A stretch of DNA of 64,000 nt, taken from assembly GCA_050253415.1 (NCBI GenBank), contig JBFWJC010000003.1, forward strand, positions 96,001 to 160,000, written 5' to 3'. Under the pieces are notes generated by a model. That model did no database searches. It was not told the origin of the DNA and worked only from the letters and a program-made list of their open reading frames with translations. The translations under genes and the position numbers were made by a program. Shown here in pieces: positions 17,604 through 27,818 of this stretch. Positions within the stretch are counted from its first letter, which is position 1, and each line of letters opens with the position of its first letter. Source of the DNA: Pedobacter sp. Its GTDB lineage: Bacteria; Desulfobacterota; Desulfuromonadia; Desulfuromonadales; Syntrophotaleaceae.

Positions 17604-18542
17604 ATGTCCGTCAGGCCCAATATTCTTGTCATCGGTGGCAGCTATTTTGTCGGTCGTGTTTTCATTGAACAGCTTCTGGCCCTGAACCAGTACAACATCT
17701 ACGCACTGAACCGGGGTACCGTTCCCATGCGGTTGGAAGGTGTCACTCAGCTGCGTTGCGACCGCAACGATGGGGCGTCGCTTCGACAGGTGGTGCCCGA
17801 TGTACCCTGGCAGGCGGTGATCGACTTCTGCGCCTATACGCCGCAGGATATCGAAACCACCATGCAGGCTCTTTCCGGTCATCAGCTGGCTCAATATATT
17901 TATATCAGTACGGCAACGGTGTACGAACCCTCTTCCCGGCAGCCCATCGACGAATCGGGCGCCACTCTTTGCGCAAGCCAACCGCACCTGGGTCCGGCCG
18001 CAGACTATGGCTTCCAAAAACGGCTGGCTGAGCTGGCGGTGATCGAGCAGTGCGACCGGCGCGGTATCCCCTATACCATCGTGCGCCCGACCTTTATCTT
18101 TGGCAAATACAACTACGCGCCGCGCGAGAGCTATTTTTTCGAGCAGATTCTCAAGTACAATGCGGTGGTGATCCCCGATCATGACCCCCCCGCGCGATTC
18201 AGTTTTGTTTCGGTTTGGGACGTGGCGTTTATCGTCGCCGACTGCATTGCTAACCCGGCGGCTTACGGCGAGATCTTTAATGCCTCAGGGGATGAAGAGT
18301 TGTCCTACCCGGCGCTGGTTGCCTGCTTTAAAGAGGTGACCGGTATCGAATTTACCGTCAAAAAACTATCCATTGCCGAGATTGAAACACAGAGAATTCC
18401 TCTGCCTTTCCCCTTGGATGAGGATTTGCTGTATTCCGGTCGTCACAGCCAACAAGTATTGAACTACCGCTACATTCCATTTAAGAAGGCCATGCAGGAA
18501 ACCTATCGTCTCTACCGGTTGGGGCTCGGACTTGATGGATAG
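17604..18542 (+). CDS. NAD-dependent epimerase/dehydratase family
   Basis: VIGGSYFVG, LNRG, YIYIST..VY, YGFQK, RPTFIFG. Confidence 0.88.
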   Translation: MSVRPNILVIGGSYFVGRVFIEQLLALNQYNIYALNRGTVPMRLEGVTQLRCDRNDGASLRQVVPDVPWQAVIDFCAYTPQDIETTMQALSGHQLAQYIYISTATVYEPSSRQPIDESGATLCASQPHLGPAADYGFQKRLAELAVIEQCDRRGIPYTIVRPTFIFGKYNYAPRESYFFEQILKYNAVVIPDHDPPARFSFVSVWDVAFIVADCIANPAAYGEIFNASGDEELSYPALVACFKEVTGIEFTVKKLSIAEIETQRIPLPFPLDEDLLYSGRHSQQVLNYRYIPFKKAMQETYRLYRLGLGLDG

Positions 18543-18861
18543 TGTCCGGAGGAAAAAAGGGGACATTGTATTTAAAATTGTCATAAGTCAGTAAGGTATG
18601 GTGGGCACCAAACCACTAATTTCGGCGAGGCGGGAACGAAAGGCTACTCATCAAAGATAAAAGATAAAGGGGATATGCTCTGCCATTTTTGCGATATATC
18701 CAAATAGGTATCTCCTGCTGCTATTCTCCTCCTTGACAAGGGTTTTTCTTTGCAGGATTATCCGGCTTCGCAGCACCCTGGATTTTACGAATATACCTTT
18801 TACGTCCTGGAAAGTATTCCGGCCGGAGGTATATATGATTTGGCAGCCAAGTGAGGAGAGC

Positions 18862-20157
18862 ATGGGCATTTTTTCCCGATTCCATATCGTATTCATGTTC
18901 CTGTTGTACAGTGCTGTACCTACCTTGGCGGCTGTGCCGCCATCCTCGATCAACCTTAAAGTGGAGGCTTCCGCAGCCGATCTTGCCGCTATCATTAACC
19001 AGTCTCTTCCCAAACAGCTTTACACCGGTCAAGGAGCTCTGGGAACATCCGTCACGGTTCTTCGGGCGGGTCCGGTGGGCGTCACTGCGTCTGATAATTT
19101 TGTCTATCTCACGCTGCCTGTTCAGTTGACATTCAGCAATGCCGTATATGAGAGCTACCCGCTCCGGGCCGGACTGAGGTTTAAGGTCAAAGTGAATGTC
19201 ACTCCGGACTGGCGCCTCAAGACCGAACTTTACTATACCGGGTTATCGGATAATTTAGCCGACACCTTCAAGCTTGGGCCGCTGTCGTTGAAACCGAAAA
19301 GCATGGTCGATGATATCACTCAGCCCGTGCAAAAACTGCTTGCGCCGATCATCGACGCCAAAGTTAATGATGCGATCCAGCTTCGCGCAAGGATTGCTCC
19401 ATTGTGGCGAAATGCGTTTTCACCGACACTGGTCAGTAAAGAATACTGTACGTGGCTGAAGCTGACTCCGCAAAAAATTGTCATGAGTCCACTGCTGGCG
19501 GTAAACAATACGATACGGCTGTCCATGGGAGTCGTTACCGGTGCCGAAATAACTGTCGGGCCAAAGCCGGCCGCAGCACCCTTAAAGCCGTTACCTCCGG
19601 TACGGCAATATCCGGCTTTCGACAAAAGGTTTCATATTCAGCTTGCTTCCGACATCTTCATGGCCGACCTTGTGACCGCGCTGAACCCGGTGTTGCTCGA
19701 CAAGACCTTCGGTGAGGACAAAAAGATAACCATCAAAAGTTTCAACCTGAAGGGGGAAGACGGCCGTCTGGTTGTTAATTTGAACGCCTCCGGAGACTTC
19801 AAAGGTGAGTTAACGCTGTTTGCAAAGCCTGTCTACAATGCACTGAATAATTCGCTTACTTTTGAGAATGTCGATTTCGACACAAAGAACGCAGGGTGGT
19901 TGATAAGTGCCGGAAGTTGGCTATTCAGCAGTTCCATTCGTAGCGCTATCAAGACGAAGCTCGACAGTACTGTTGTCGAACAATTGGAGCAGGCTCGCCT
20001 TAAAGTGTCTTCGTTGCTGTCCTGCGTGCAGGTAGCTGAACATGTAAAATTGGCGGGTTCCGTCGAATCTTTGTCTCTTGGCGAAGCAACGGTGCTGAAT
20101 GATCGTTTATCGGTTCGTGTCATTGCCCGGGGCGAGTCGAACATCAGCCTGAAATGA
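18862..20157 (+). CDS. Exported protein, probably DUF4403 family
   Basis: GAGGAG RBS, signal peptide, long beta-rich ORF with WLKLTP motif; family assigned from recall. Confidence 0.6.
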   Translation: MGIFSRFHIVFMFLLYSAVPTLAAVPPSSINLKVEASAADLAAIINQSLPKQLYTGQGALGTSVTVLRAGPVGVTASDNFVYLTLPVQLTFSNAVYESYPLRAGLRFKVKVNVTPDWRLKTELYYTGLSDNLADTFKLGPLSLKPKSMVDDITQPVQKLLAPIIDAKVNDAIQLRARIAPLWRNAFSPTLVSKEYCTWLKLTPQKIVMSPLLAVNNTIRLSMGVVTGAEITVGPKPAAAPLKPLPPVRQYPAFDKRFHIQLASDIFMADLVTALNPVLLDKTFGEDKKITIKSFNLKGEDGRLVVNLNASGDFKGELTLFAKPVYNALNNSLTFENVDFDTKNAGWLISAGSWLFSSSIRSAIKTKLDSTVVEQLEQARLKVSSLLSCVQVAEHVKLAGSVESLSLGEATVLNDRLSVRVIARGESNISLK

Positions 20158-20250
20158 CGCGGCCATAAAAACCTTGAATATTCGAATACTTGCTGCCGGG
20201 TTCCTTAACGGCAAACTCTTGCCTATCAATGAATTGAATAGGAATTCAAA

Positions 20251-20730
20251 GTGAAAAACCCCCACTTGGCTCTTAAGGTTATCGGAACTGTCCTGGTTGC
20301 TGCCGTCGCGGTTGGTACCGGAATATTTATCGTGCGGGAGTTGCCTGGCTACAAACAACATAAGACATCTGAAGTTGAATCAAAGCTGATAGAGTCGTTT
20401 GAGTTGGCTGCCGAACAAATTAACGGTCACGTTCCCAAATTGATCGATAACGATACGCTTCTTGATAAGGCCAGCGTCGGACCCGGGCCCCGTTTGACAT
20501 ATCACTACACGTTGCCGAATCGAAAATCCGGTGAAGTCGATGCAGATTTGATGCTGTCGATTCTGAAACCCGATGTAGTGACTAAGGTTTGCGGTAATGA
20601 AGATATGAAAACCACCCTTCAATATGGTGGGATCTATACCTATTCGTATTCAGGCAATGATAATGTCGCCATTTTAACCTTTGACATAGCCAACCAGGAC
20701 TGTGGACCAGAAAAGGTTACCCCTGAATAA
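20251..20730 (+). CDS. Hypothetical protein with N-terminal membrane anchor
   Basis: 159-aa ORF, single N-terminal TM, two Cys. Confidence 0.65.
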   Translation: MKNPHLALKVIGTVLVAAVAVGTGIFIVRELPGYKQHKTSEVESKLIESFELAAEQINGHVPKLIDNDTLLDKASVGPGPRLTYHYTLPNRKSGEVDADLMLSILKPDVVTKVCGNEDMKTTLQYGGIYTYSYSGNDNVAILTFDIANQDCGPEKVTPE

Positions 20731-20877
20731 TGTAATGTTCTAATTTTTTGTTGTTCATGCCAAACTTACAGGGTGGATATGGAAAGCGGCTTGCCTCTGT
20801 TGCCTTGTTTCACTGTGGTATCGATGGAGGTTCCCGCATGCCATGTTCAGTCCGCTGGATAAATCAGGAATGCTGCC

Positions 20878-21657
20878 ATGGAACTCGATCTCTACCAGAT
20901 TGATGCCTTTGCTGAGAAAGTATTTGAAGGTAACCCCGCCGCCGTTTGTCCGTTGGAAGCGTGGTTGCCGGATCGCCTGATGCAGGCTATTGCCGCAGAA
21001 AACAACCTGTCCGAAACGGCTTTTTTCGTTAAAACCGGCTCCGGTTACCATATCCGCTGGTTTACTCCCTCAGCAGAAGTCGATCTGTGTGGGCATGCCA
21101 CACTGGCCTCTGCGTTTGTCTTGTTCCATTGTCTCCGCTATGATCGGGATGCCATTCATTTCGAATCGAAAAGCGGTCCCCTGGTCGTACGGCGCGACGG
21201 GGATCTGCTGGAAATGGACTTTCCGTCCCAACCACCGCAGACGTGTGAAGTTCCCGGTGCTATTTACAAGGCGTTTGGTGTCATGCCTGTTGCCTGCTTG
21301 AAATCCGAAGATTATCTGGTCATTCTTGAGGATGAGAAGGCTGTTGCAACGGCTGATCCCGATATGTCTATGCTGAAGGAACTCGATCTGCGGGGCGTCA
21401 TCATCACGGCCCGTTCCGATCGCTACGATTTTGTCGCCAGATTTTTTGCTCCCAGGGTAGGGGTCAACGAGGACCCGGTGACAGGGTCCGCCTATACCCA
21501 GTTGGTGCCTTATTGGGCCAAGATGCTGGGGAAAAACCGGTTCAAGGCCAGACAGATTTCACAGCGCGGTGGGGATGTGCACTGTTTCTTGTCTGGAGAT
21601 CGGGTAATAATTTCGGGCAAAGCCGTAAAATATATGGTTGGCCGCATTGACGTCTGA
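20878..21657 (+). CDS. PhzF family isomerase
   Basis: DAF..GNPAAV, NLSETAF, EVDLCGHATLA, EDPVTGSA. Confidence 0.93.
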   Translation: MELDLYQIDAFAEKVFEGNPAAVCPLEAWLPDRLMQAIAAENNLSETAFFVKTGSGYHIRWFTPSAEVDLCGHATLASAFVLFHCLRYDRDAIHFESKSGPLVVRRDGDLLEMDFPSQPPQTCEVPGAIYKAFGVMPVACLKSEDYLVILEDEKAVATADPDMSMLKELDLRGVIITARSDRYDFVARFFAPRVGVNEDPVTGSAYTQLVPYWAKMLGKNRFKARQISQRGGDVHCFLSGDRVIISGKAVKYMVGRIDV

Positions 21658-21774
21658 CGCAGGCCTGACCGCTTAGGCGTTGCATGGTTTCTGCATGGCG
21701 AGATGAATGATGACAGACGGGGTTGCCCATATCCATAAATGTATAGATGATCCGGAAAGGCCGGTAACTGAATT

Positions 21775-22689
21775 ATGTTTATTTCATTCATAATACCCAC
21801 ATATAACTACGGTCATTACATAACGAATTGCCTCGATTCCATTTTGGAGCAGGAGCGCAATGATTGTGAAATAATCGTGGTTGATGACGGTTCCACGGAT
21901 AATACGCGTAGCATTATTGGCGATTATGCCAGAAATCAGGCCGATGGCAGGATTCGGTACCTTTACCAGGTCAACAAGGGGCCTTCGGCAGCACGCAATG
22001 TCGGGGCAACTCAGGCCCGGGGGAAGTATGTGTGGTTTGTCGATTCAGACGATCGACTGGTTGCGGGGGCTCTGGACCATGTTCACGCAGCTATCGAAAC
22101 ATTTGGAAATCCGGCATTTATCTTTGGCAGCCATGTCTATGTCAACGAAAAGGGAAGGAAAACCACCCGTTTTGCGAGTGACATTGGCGTTGACAGGAAT
22201 GAAAATTTCACAAAATTTATTCGGAAGAAAGTTTCCGGTATTTCTATTGGTTCACTCATTGTTCGCCAGGATGTTTTTGGAACTCTTCGCTTTCCTGAAG
22301 GGATCCATAACAACGAAGATAATATCTTTTTCGGGCATCTGCTCGCCACCCGACAAGGGGGTTCGTGCCGCAGTATTCTTGTCGAAAAAATCGGCCATAA
22401 AGACAGCTTGCGCTACAATGACCATTCCATCAAAGAGACAGGATTGACTGTAGACAGGCTTTTTGATGATCGACTTCTCAATGAGAAGCAGATGTCCTTG
22501 AGAAATATTTATCTTTCAGATAATTATTACGCCCTTTTCCGTACCCGATACCGCAATAACGAATACAAGGAAGCACTTTTGTTTTATAGAAAATCGATTG
22601 TCGCAAACCCTTTTCAGGTGTTTAGCGTCCACCGATTTAAACAGGCAATTCGATGTTTTATAAAAGCTTTAGGAAGCAACCCTTCTTGA
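21775..22689 (+). CDS. Glycosyltransferase family 2
   Basis: IIPTYN, VVDDGSTD, NKGPSAARN, FVDSDD. Confidence 0.92.
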   Translation: MFISFIIPTYNYGHYITNCLDSILEQERNDCEIIVVDDGSTDNTRSIIGDYARNQADGRIRYLYQVNKGPSAARNVGATQARGKYVWFVDSDDRLVAGALDHVHAAIETFGNPAFIFGSHVYVNEKGRKTTRFASDIGVDRNENFTKFIRKKVSGISIGSLIVRQDVFGTLRFPEGIHNNEDNIFFGHLLATRQGGSCRSILVEKIGHKDSLRYNDHSIKETGLTVDRLFDDRLLNEKQMSLRNIYLSDNYYALFRTRYRNNEYKEALLFYRKSIVANPFQVFSVHRFKQAIRCFIKALGSNPS

Positions 22690-22711
22690 TAACGGTGAAT
22701 CTTTGAAGCCT

Positions 22712-23002
22712 CTTTACCGGCAAATGGTCGGCATCGGGGTACGCTGCCAGGCGCGCTGCCCGAACCTCTACCGGAGCACTGAGGTAAAAAACGGCACCAT
22801 TGGCGCGCATGAAATCACGATTTGCCTCGACATCACCATCCCACCGCCCATGGCGATCACGGTTCAGGGTGCGGTCACGGTACGCAACGCTTCACTTCAC
22901 TTTCACGGCGGCGGAAGCCTTTCCAGCCTTCATTGATAACGACATCGGCGACGATAAGGCTGGTTGTTTCCAGCCTGTAAAGGTCCGTATCCACAAAAGG
23001 GG
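22712..23002 (-). pseudogene. aroL: Shikimate kinase (AroL-like) pseudogene
   Basis: Frame-shifted pieces PFVDTDLY..VADVV.NEGWKGFRRRES / EALRTVTAP*TVIAMGGGMV / NRDFMRANGAVFYLSAPVEVRAARL; P-loop N-terminus absent. Confidence 0.85.
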
Positions 23003-23026
23003 CAAACCGCAGTTTGCCCCTTTTGT
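22993..23026. terminator. Hairpin, likely terminator of the M48 peptidase gene
   Basis: ACAAAAGGGGCAAAC-CGCA-GTTTGCCCCTTTTGT perfect 15-bp stem. Confidence 0.75.
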
Positions 23027-23081
23027 ATGGATTTATCTTTGCCCTTAACCCGGACATGCCTCTCTTGCAAGAAGCAGCGAT

Positions 23082-24629
23082 CTAGTCAACCAGTCTGGCG
23101 CCGGTAACCGCGGCCTGTACTTTGCGCAGAGCTTTGGCGTCGGCCAGGGGACCTATGCCGGTGGCCATGCGCGAGGCTGCTTGCGGACCGATGTGATTGG
23201 GCACCCGCAGAGGAATTTTCCGATGGCGTCCGGCCGTGTCGGTGAGCAGGACGACAACATCGACATCGGTCACAGTTACCCCGGTGCTGTTGACCACCTC
23301 GATCAGCAGATAGTTGCTACGATCCAGGCCCAGACGAACGTTGAGATATTTTTGCGGATTGTCAGGCAAATCAAGACGCACCAACGAAGCTGCGGCTTCC
23401 TGTCCGGGTTGGGACTTGGATTCGGCGGCTGCGGCAAAATATTGCTTGGCTTTGGTGCGATCGCCCTGGGCCAAACTTGCCTTGCCAAGGGCGTTGAGGG
23501 CCGGAGCCGTCGGCAGCAGCTTGGTACTGTATTCCAGATCGGCCACGGCTTTATCGCGCTGACCGAGTTGCTGCAGCGCAAGGCCGCGTTGCAGGTAATA
23601 GTGGAAGTAGCCGTTGTTGCGTTCCAATGCGCGGTCGTAGTTGGTCACCGCATCCTGGTAGAGTCCCTTTTTGAACAGCACATCGCCGCGCAGGGCATGG
23701 AACAGAGCTTCTTTGGGCTCGGCGGCCAGGGCTTTTTCGGCCAGCATCAGGGCTTTGTCGGTCTGCCCGTCGGTCAGGGCCTTACGTCCTTCATCGTAGG
23801 CTGCGTATGCTTCCTTGTCTTTTAACAGGGGAGCGATCTTCTGTCTGTAACGCGCTGCGCCGATCTCTCCGCCCGGTGCAAAGGCGAGCGCAGTCTGACG
23901 GTTTGCCTCGACCCGCTCCATGGAGGGCGGATGGCTTGCAAACAGGCCGGACAACCAGTCGCTGTTGCGTCCTTCGGAAAGTCGGACAAAGGTTTCCTGC
24001 AGCGTGATGGCCGCCCGCGGGTCATAACCGGCCCGTGCCATGTATTGCATACCGTAATAGTCTGATTCCAGCTCGGCATCCCGGCCGTATTTCTGGGTGA
24101 CCAGCCCGGCGCCAACGGTAGCTCCGCCTACCGCCAACTGGGCGTACTCACTGTTTTGCGAGGCCAGGCCGACGGCCAACACCGCCCCCTGAAGCAACAT
24201 TCCCCGCTCCATCCCTTTGGCACCATGACGCGCTGCAGCATGTACGATTTCGTGGCCGAGTACCGCCGCCAGTTCCGCTTCGCTGTTGAGTTCGGTCAGC
24301 AGGCCGCGGTTGATGGCGATTTTGCCGCCCGGCAAAGCCCAGGCGTTGGGGGTGGAATCGTTGATGACGTTGAATTCGTAGGGCAGTTTGCGGTCACTGA
24401 CCGCTGCCAGGCGCTGCCCGACACTGGCAACATAGGCATCGATGCCCGGCTCGGTGGTGTAATCGCCGCCCTGCATCTGGCGACTGGGAACATACTGCTC
24501 TTGGCCGATGTTGATTTCAGTACTCTCCGGCACCAGGTTCAGTTCCGTTTTGCCCGTCACCGGGTTAACGGCACAGCCTGAGAGTGCAGCGGCGACCAGC
24601 AGCAGGCAAATCGTTAATGTTTTGCGCAT
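23082..24629 (-). CDS. M48 metallopeptidase lipoprotein with TPR repeats (BepA-like)
   Basis: Lipobox LSGC, NAWALPGG, HEIVH, ELESD, SHP; TPRs. Confidence 0.92.
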   Translation of the reverse strand: MRKTLTICLLLVAAALSGCAVNPVTGKTELNLVPESTEINIGQEQYVPSRQMQGGDYTTEPGIDAYVASVGQRLAAVSDRKLPYEFNVINDSTPNAWALPGGKIAINRGLLTELNSEAELAAVLGHEIVHAAARHGAKGMERGMLLQGAVLAVGLASQNSEYAQLAVGGATVGAGLVTQKYGRDAELESDYYGMQYMARAGYDPRAAITLQETFVRLSEGRNSDWLSGLFASHPPSMERVEANRQTALAFAPGGEIGAARYRQKIAPLLKDKEAYAAYDEGRKALTDGQTDKALMLAEKALAAEPKEALFHALRGDVLFKKGLYQDAVTNYDRALERNNGYFHYYLQRGLALQQLGQRDKAVADLEYSTKLLPTAPALNALGKASLAQGDRTKAKQYFAAAAESKSQPGQEAAASLVRLDLPDNPQKYLNVRLGLDRSNYLLIEVVNSTGVTVTDVDVVVLLTDTAGRHRKIPLRVPNHIGPQAASRMATGIGPLADAKALRKVQAAVTGARLVD

Positions 24630-24924
24630 GGTTTTACCTCGATGGAAAATGGCGGAGTAACACTTACGTTACGATACTTTTTTACCATAACATCTACTAA
24701 TCCTTGCGACAACTATCCTGACACAGGGGGCGGCGGTCGTTCTTACTCTTGTATTGAAATTGGACAATTCTGCCAGACGAAAGGCTCTCTGGTAAATATA
24801 CGGATCTCTATGACTGGATTGGTGGGGCACGGTTTCGATTTCATATTACCTCTGGTATGGTGGCAAAAATCCGTATTCAAATGGGTATATTCCAAGGGGG
24901 TGCCATTTTTTCGTGGTTTTAACG

Positions 24925-24961
24925 CAAAAAGCCTGACGGGTTTACCCGTCAGGCTTTTTTA
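24925..24961. terminator. Bidirectional terminator
   Basis: AAAAAGCCTGACGGGT-T-ACCCGTCAGGCTTTTT-like stem. Confidence 0.8.
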
Positions 24962-25049
24962 ATTCATTTTGCTACTCTTGGTGGATTTTGGACTCTATGC
25001 GGAGCCTGACAGGTATTTCTGGATCAAAGTTAGACTGCTGTCATCGAAA

Positions 25050-25391
25050 TCAGGCCAAAGCCCCTTCAAAAACCATCTCTACGACTCCGCCCAGATCATT
25101 GTCGTTATAAAAGGGGATGTTGACGATGGTGAGAGTTCCTTCGGGTCCATCCATGGTTAGATGATTGGTCTTGATTTTTCTGTTTGCAAAGTCCTGGTAG
25201 ATGGTTTTCATCTTTTCCATGGTTTCCGGTTTATGGCAAGCCGCCATGTTTTTACCAACTTGCAACCCGGGAATCTCCAGTTCATCGAATAATTCATACG
25301 CTCTTTGATTGGCGTACGTTACATTGAAATCCGGATCGGATACGATGACAGCCGTGTTGAGGCTGTCCCAAAAATTGGTGTTGTTGCACAT
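25050..25391 (-). CDS. Small stand-alone PAS domain protein
   Basis: AVIVSDPDFNVTYAN, VGKNMAACH; GGAGGG RBS. Confidence 0.75.
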   Translation of the reverse strand: MCNNTNFWDSLNTAVIVSDPDFNVTYANQRAYELFDELEIPGLQVGKNMAACHKPETMEKMKTIYQDFANRKIKTNHLTMDGPEGTLTIVNIPFYNDNDLGGVVEMVFEGALA

Positions 25392-25927
25392 GGTGACCCT
25401 CCTGAGAACGCATGAATAAAAGATAGTGTGCTGCAATGGCCCTTCATCGGCAACAAGTAGCCAGGTAATTTGCAAAGGTACTTACCGGACAGCACAGTTG
25501 TGAGATACAGTCGAAATACCGTCGTGGAATTTGCCTTCATGATATGTTTGGATGAAACGGTGTTCTACTGTCGTCTATAAGGTGGCGGAATGTCAACTCG
25601 ATATTTGGATGGGGGGCGGAATTATAGATTTCTTACAAGGTTGCAAGACGCGTTCAGGCCTCAATAACTGTCCCGACCTTTCCGAAAAGAACCGGTCGCC
25701 GAGTCTGGCCGAAGGGACGGTCCACGGAGTTTTCGCAGGGAACCGTCCATCGGATCTTCATGTTTTGCCCTCAATTCGAATTGCCAACAACCTGCTGTGG
25801 CTGTTTCAGGCGTTTTCGATGGATAGACATTCCAAGCCTACCAGAAAAGCATGGCATCCCCCTGCTTATTGTATCCATCGCCAATGGGGGAGGGCAGTTG
25901 GGTCTGGATGAGGTCCCACAGGCGTGT

Positions 25928-26740
25928 CTAAAAATAGCGGCGGGCGCCCAGGTATTTTTTGGTGGTGCCGGGGTGGGCCAGTTCGGCAATTTTGATTTCG
26001 TCATTGCGTTTGGGGGCGTGGACAAATTTGCCGTGGCCGATATAAATGCCGACATGGCTGACCTGATTGTTGTGACCGAAAAACACCAGGTCGCCATCGG
26101 TCAGTTCTTCCAGGGGGATATGCTGGCCGACTTTGAATTGTTCCGCCGAGGTTCGGGGGATATTGACTCCGCACAGGTAGTAGACCGATTTGACGAATGC
26201 GCTGCAATCCAGCCCTTCTACCACCGTATTGCCGCCCCATTTGTAGGGGATTCCGACGAACCGTTCTGCGGTTCTGGCGGCTATGTCACCCATTTCGGTG
26301 TCATGTTTCGATTTTTTGATCGGTTTGATTGGTGCGGCCGGGCTTTCGCTCGCAGAAACTACAGGCTCGGCGGCGGCCACGGGGGTAGCTGGCTCGACTG
26401 TAGAGGGAGTCAGGGGCTGGATATCCTTGGCGAGCGGTGATGCGATGTAATAAGAATCCACGAGTTTGGAAACGGCCAGGTCCTTGACGGCCATTTTAGC
26501 CTCTTTGCGGGTCGCATAGTTTCCGAACCGCACGGCAAACACGTTATTCTCCTTTTTAAAATAATAGGCTTCGATGCCTTTGTCCTGAAGTTTGGATGCA
26601 AGCCGTTCGGCATTGTCGACTTTGGAAAAAGCACCGACCTGCACGCTATACCCCAACTTGCTTATTTCGGCAACCGGCTGGGCCCAGGCCGGAGCGGAGA
26701 TGACGGCAAATGCAAATGCGCCTATAACCCATTTTTTCAT
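25928..26740 (-). CDS. SPOR + NlpC/P60 cell-wall endopeptidase
   Basis: YSVQVGAF (SPOR), PYKWGG..GLDCSAF, HVGIY, FVHA; signal peptide. Confidence 0.92.
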   Translation of the reverse strand: MKKWVIGAFAFAVISAPAWAQPVAEISKLGYSVQVGAFSKVDNAERLASKLQDKGIEAYYFKKENNVFAVRFGNYATRKEAKMAVKDLAVSKLVDSYYIASPLAKDIQPLTPSTVEPATPVAAAEPVVSASESPAAPIKPIKKSKHDTEMGDIAARTAERFVGIPYKWGGNTVVEGLDCSAFVKSVYYLCGVNIPRTSAEQFKVGQHIPLEELTDGDLVFFGHNNQVSHVGIYIGHGKFVHAPKRNDEIKIAELAHPGTTKKYLGARRYF

Positions 26741-27134
26741 CTGTTCGGTGAGCATTTTTAACCTCGGACGTAAAAGGCATCCGCCTGGAGTGCCGAAAAA
26801 TTTATGGCTGGACATATGATAGAGAGATGGCACGACGGGAATCCGTCGCGGTCATAATCAATAATGCATAATCGCATGCGAAGGCAACGAAAATCGCAAC
26901 GGTTGCTCCCGGAAAACTGAGGGGTAGGGGGATGTCGGACCAATAGGCTGAAATCCAACCTTTTTTAAGGATCATAGATGGCCGCCATGGTGTCCTGCCG
27001 GAGCCTTTGACATCCCTTAACCATGTTGCGAACGGTTACCGGAAAATTGCATCCAGAGTTGATCTGGACAGCGATTGGTGAGAGTATGTTCTGCGTATAC
27101 GCAACCTATACTCGTGAAGCCGGAGGACCAACCA

Positions 27135-27749
27135 ATGTGTGTTTCCAATAATATCAATCATACCTTGCAGCATATTGAACAGCGCCGCAGTATCCGTTCA
27201 TTTACGGATCAGCCGGTTTGCGAAGAAGACTTGATGGCAATTTTGCGTGCGGCCAACCATGCGCCATCTGCTCATAATCAGCAGTCCTGGCACTTTGTCG
27301 TTATTCGCGGGGAACGCAAGAAAGCTCTCGCCAGCCTGGTGAATGCCCGGGCCGGCGATTTCCCCAAGGCGGCGTCTGTGTTGTTGCGTATGGCAGCCAG
27401 GAGTATCAATTCCGCTCCGGTGGTGGTCGTGGTCGCCAATACCGGTACGTTGATCAATCATGGTACTGAACTGTTTCAGATCGAGCACAGCCAGTCTGTT
27501 GAATTTTTCCAGACCATGGAGATTCAAAGTTCCGCGGCGGCGATTCAAAATCTGCTCGTTGCAGCGACGTCACTCGGCCTGGCCACGGTATGGTTGGGGG
27601 TGCTGTTTCTCATCAAAGACGAGGTGTTGCGTTTTATGGGTGAGCAGGAGGGTGAGTTTATGGCGGTTATCCCAGTGGGCTATGCTGGCAAGGTTGGTAA
27701 AGCGCCGAAAAAGATCGCCTGTGAAATGATGGTGAAGTGGTTGGATTGA
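27135..27749 (+). CDS. Nitroreductase family protein
   Basis: RRSIRSF, APSAHNQQSWHF, QNLLVAATSLGL; GGAGG RBS. Confidence 0.9.
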   Translation: MCVSNNINHTLQHIEQRRSIRSFTDQPVCEEDLMAILRAANHAPSAHNQQSWHFVVIRGERKKALASLVNARAGDFPKAASVLLRMAARSINSAPVVVVVANTGTLINHGTELFQIEHSQSVEFFQTMEIQSSAAAIQNLLVAATSLGLATVWLGVLFLIKDEVLRFMGEQEGEFMAVIPVGYAGKVGKAPKKIACEMMVKWLD

Positions 27750-27818
27750 CCCGGGCTTTCATAGGCTCTTTACGAAATGAACTCTGCGAGGTCCCTCCCG
27801 TTCTGACGGGTGGGGTCT

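Noticed and set aside
20815..20875. Fluoride riboswitch upstream of the PhzF-family gene
   Set aside because: Only GATGG matches; the pseudoknot elements were not found.
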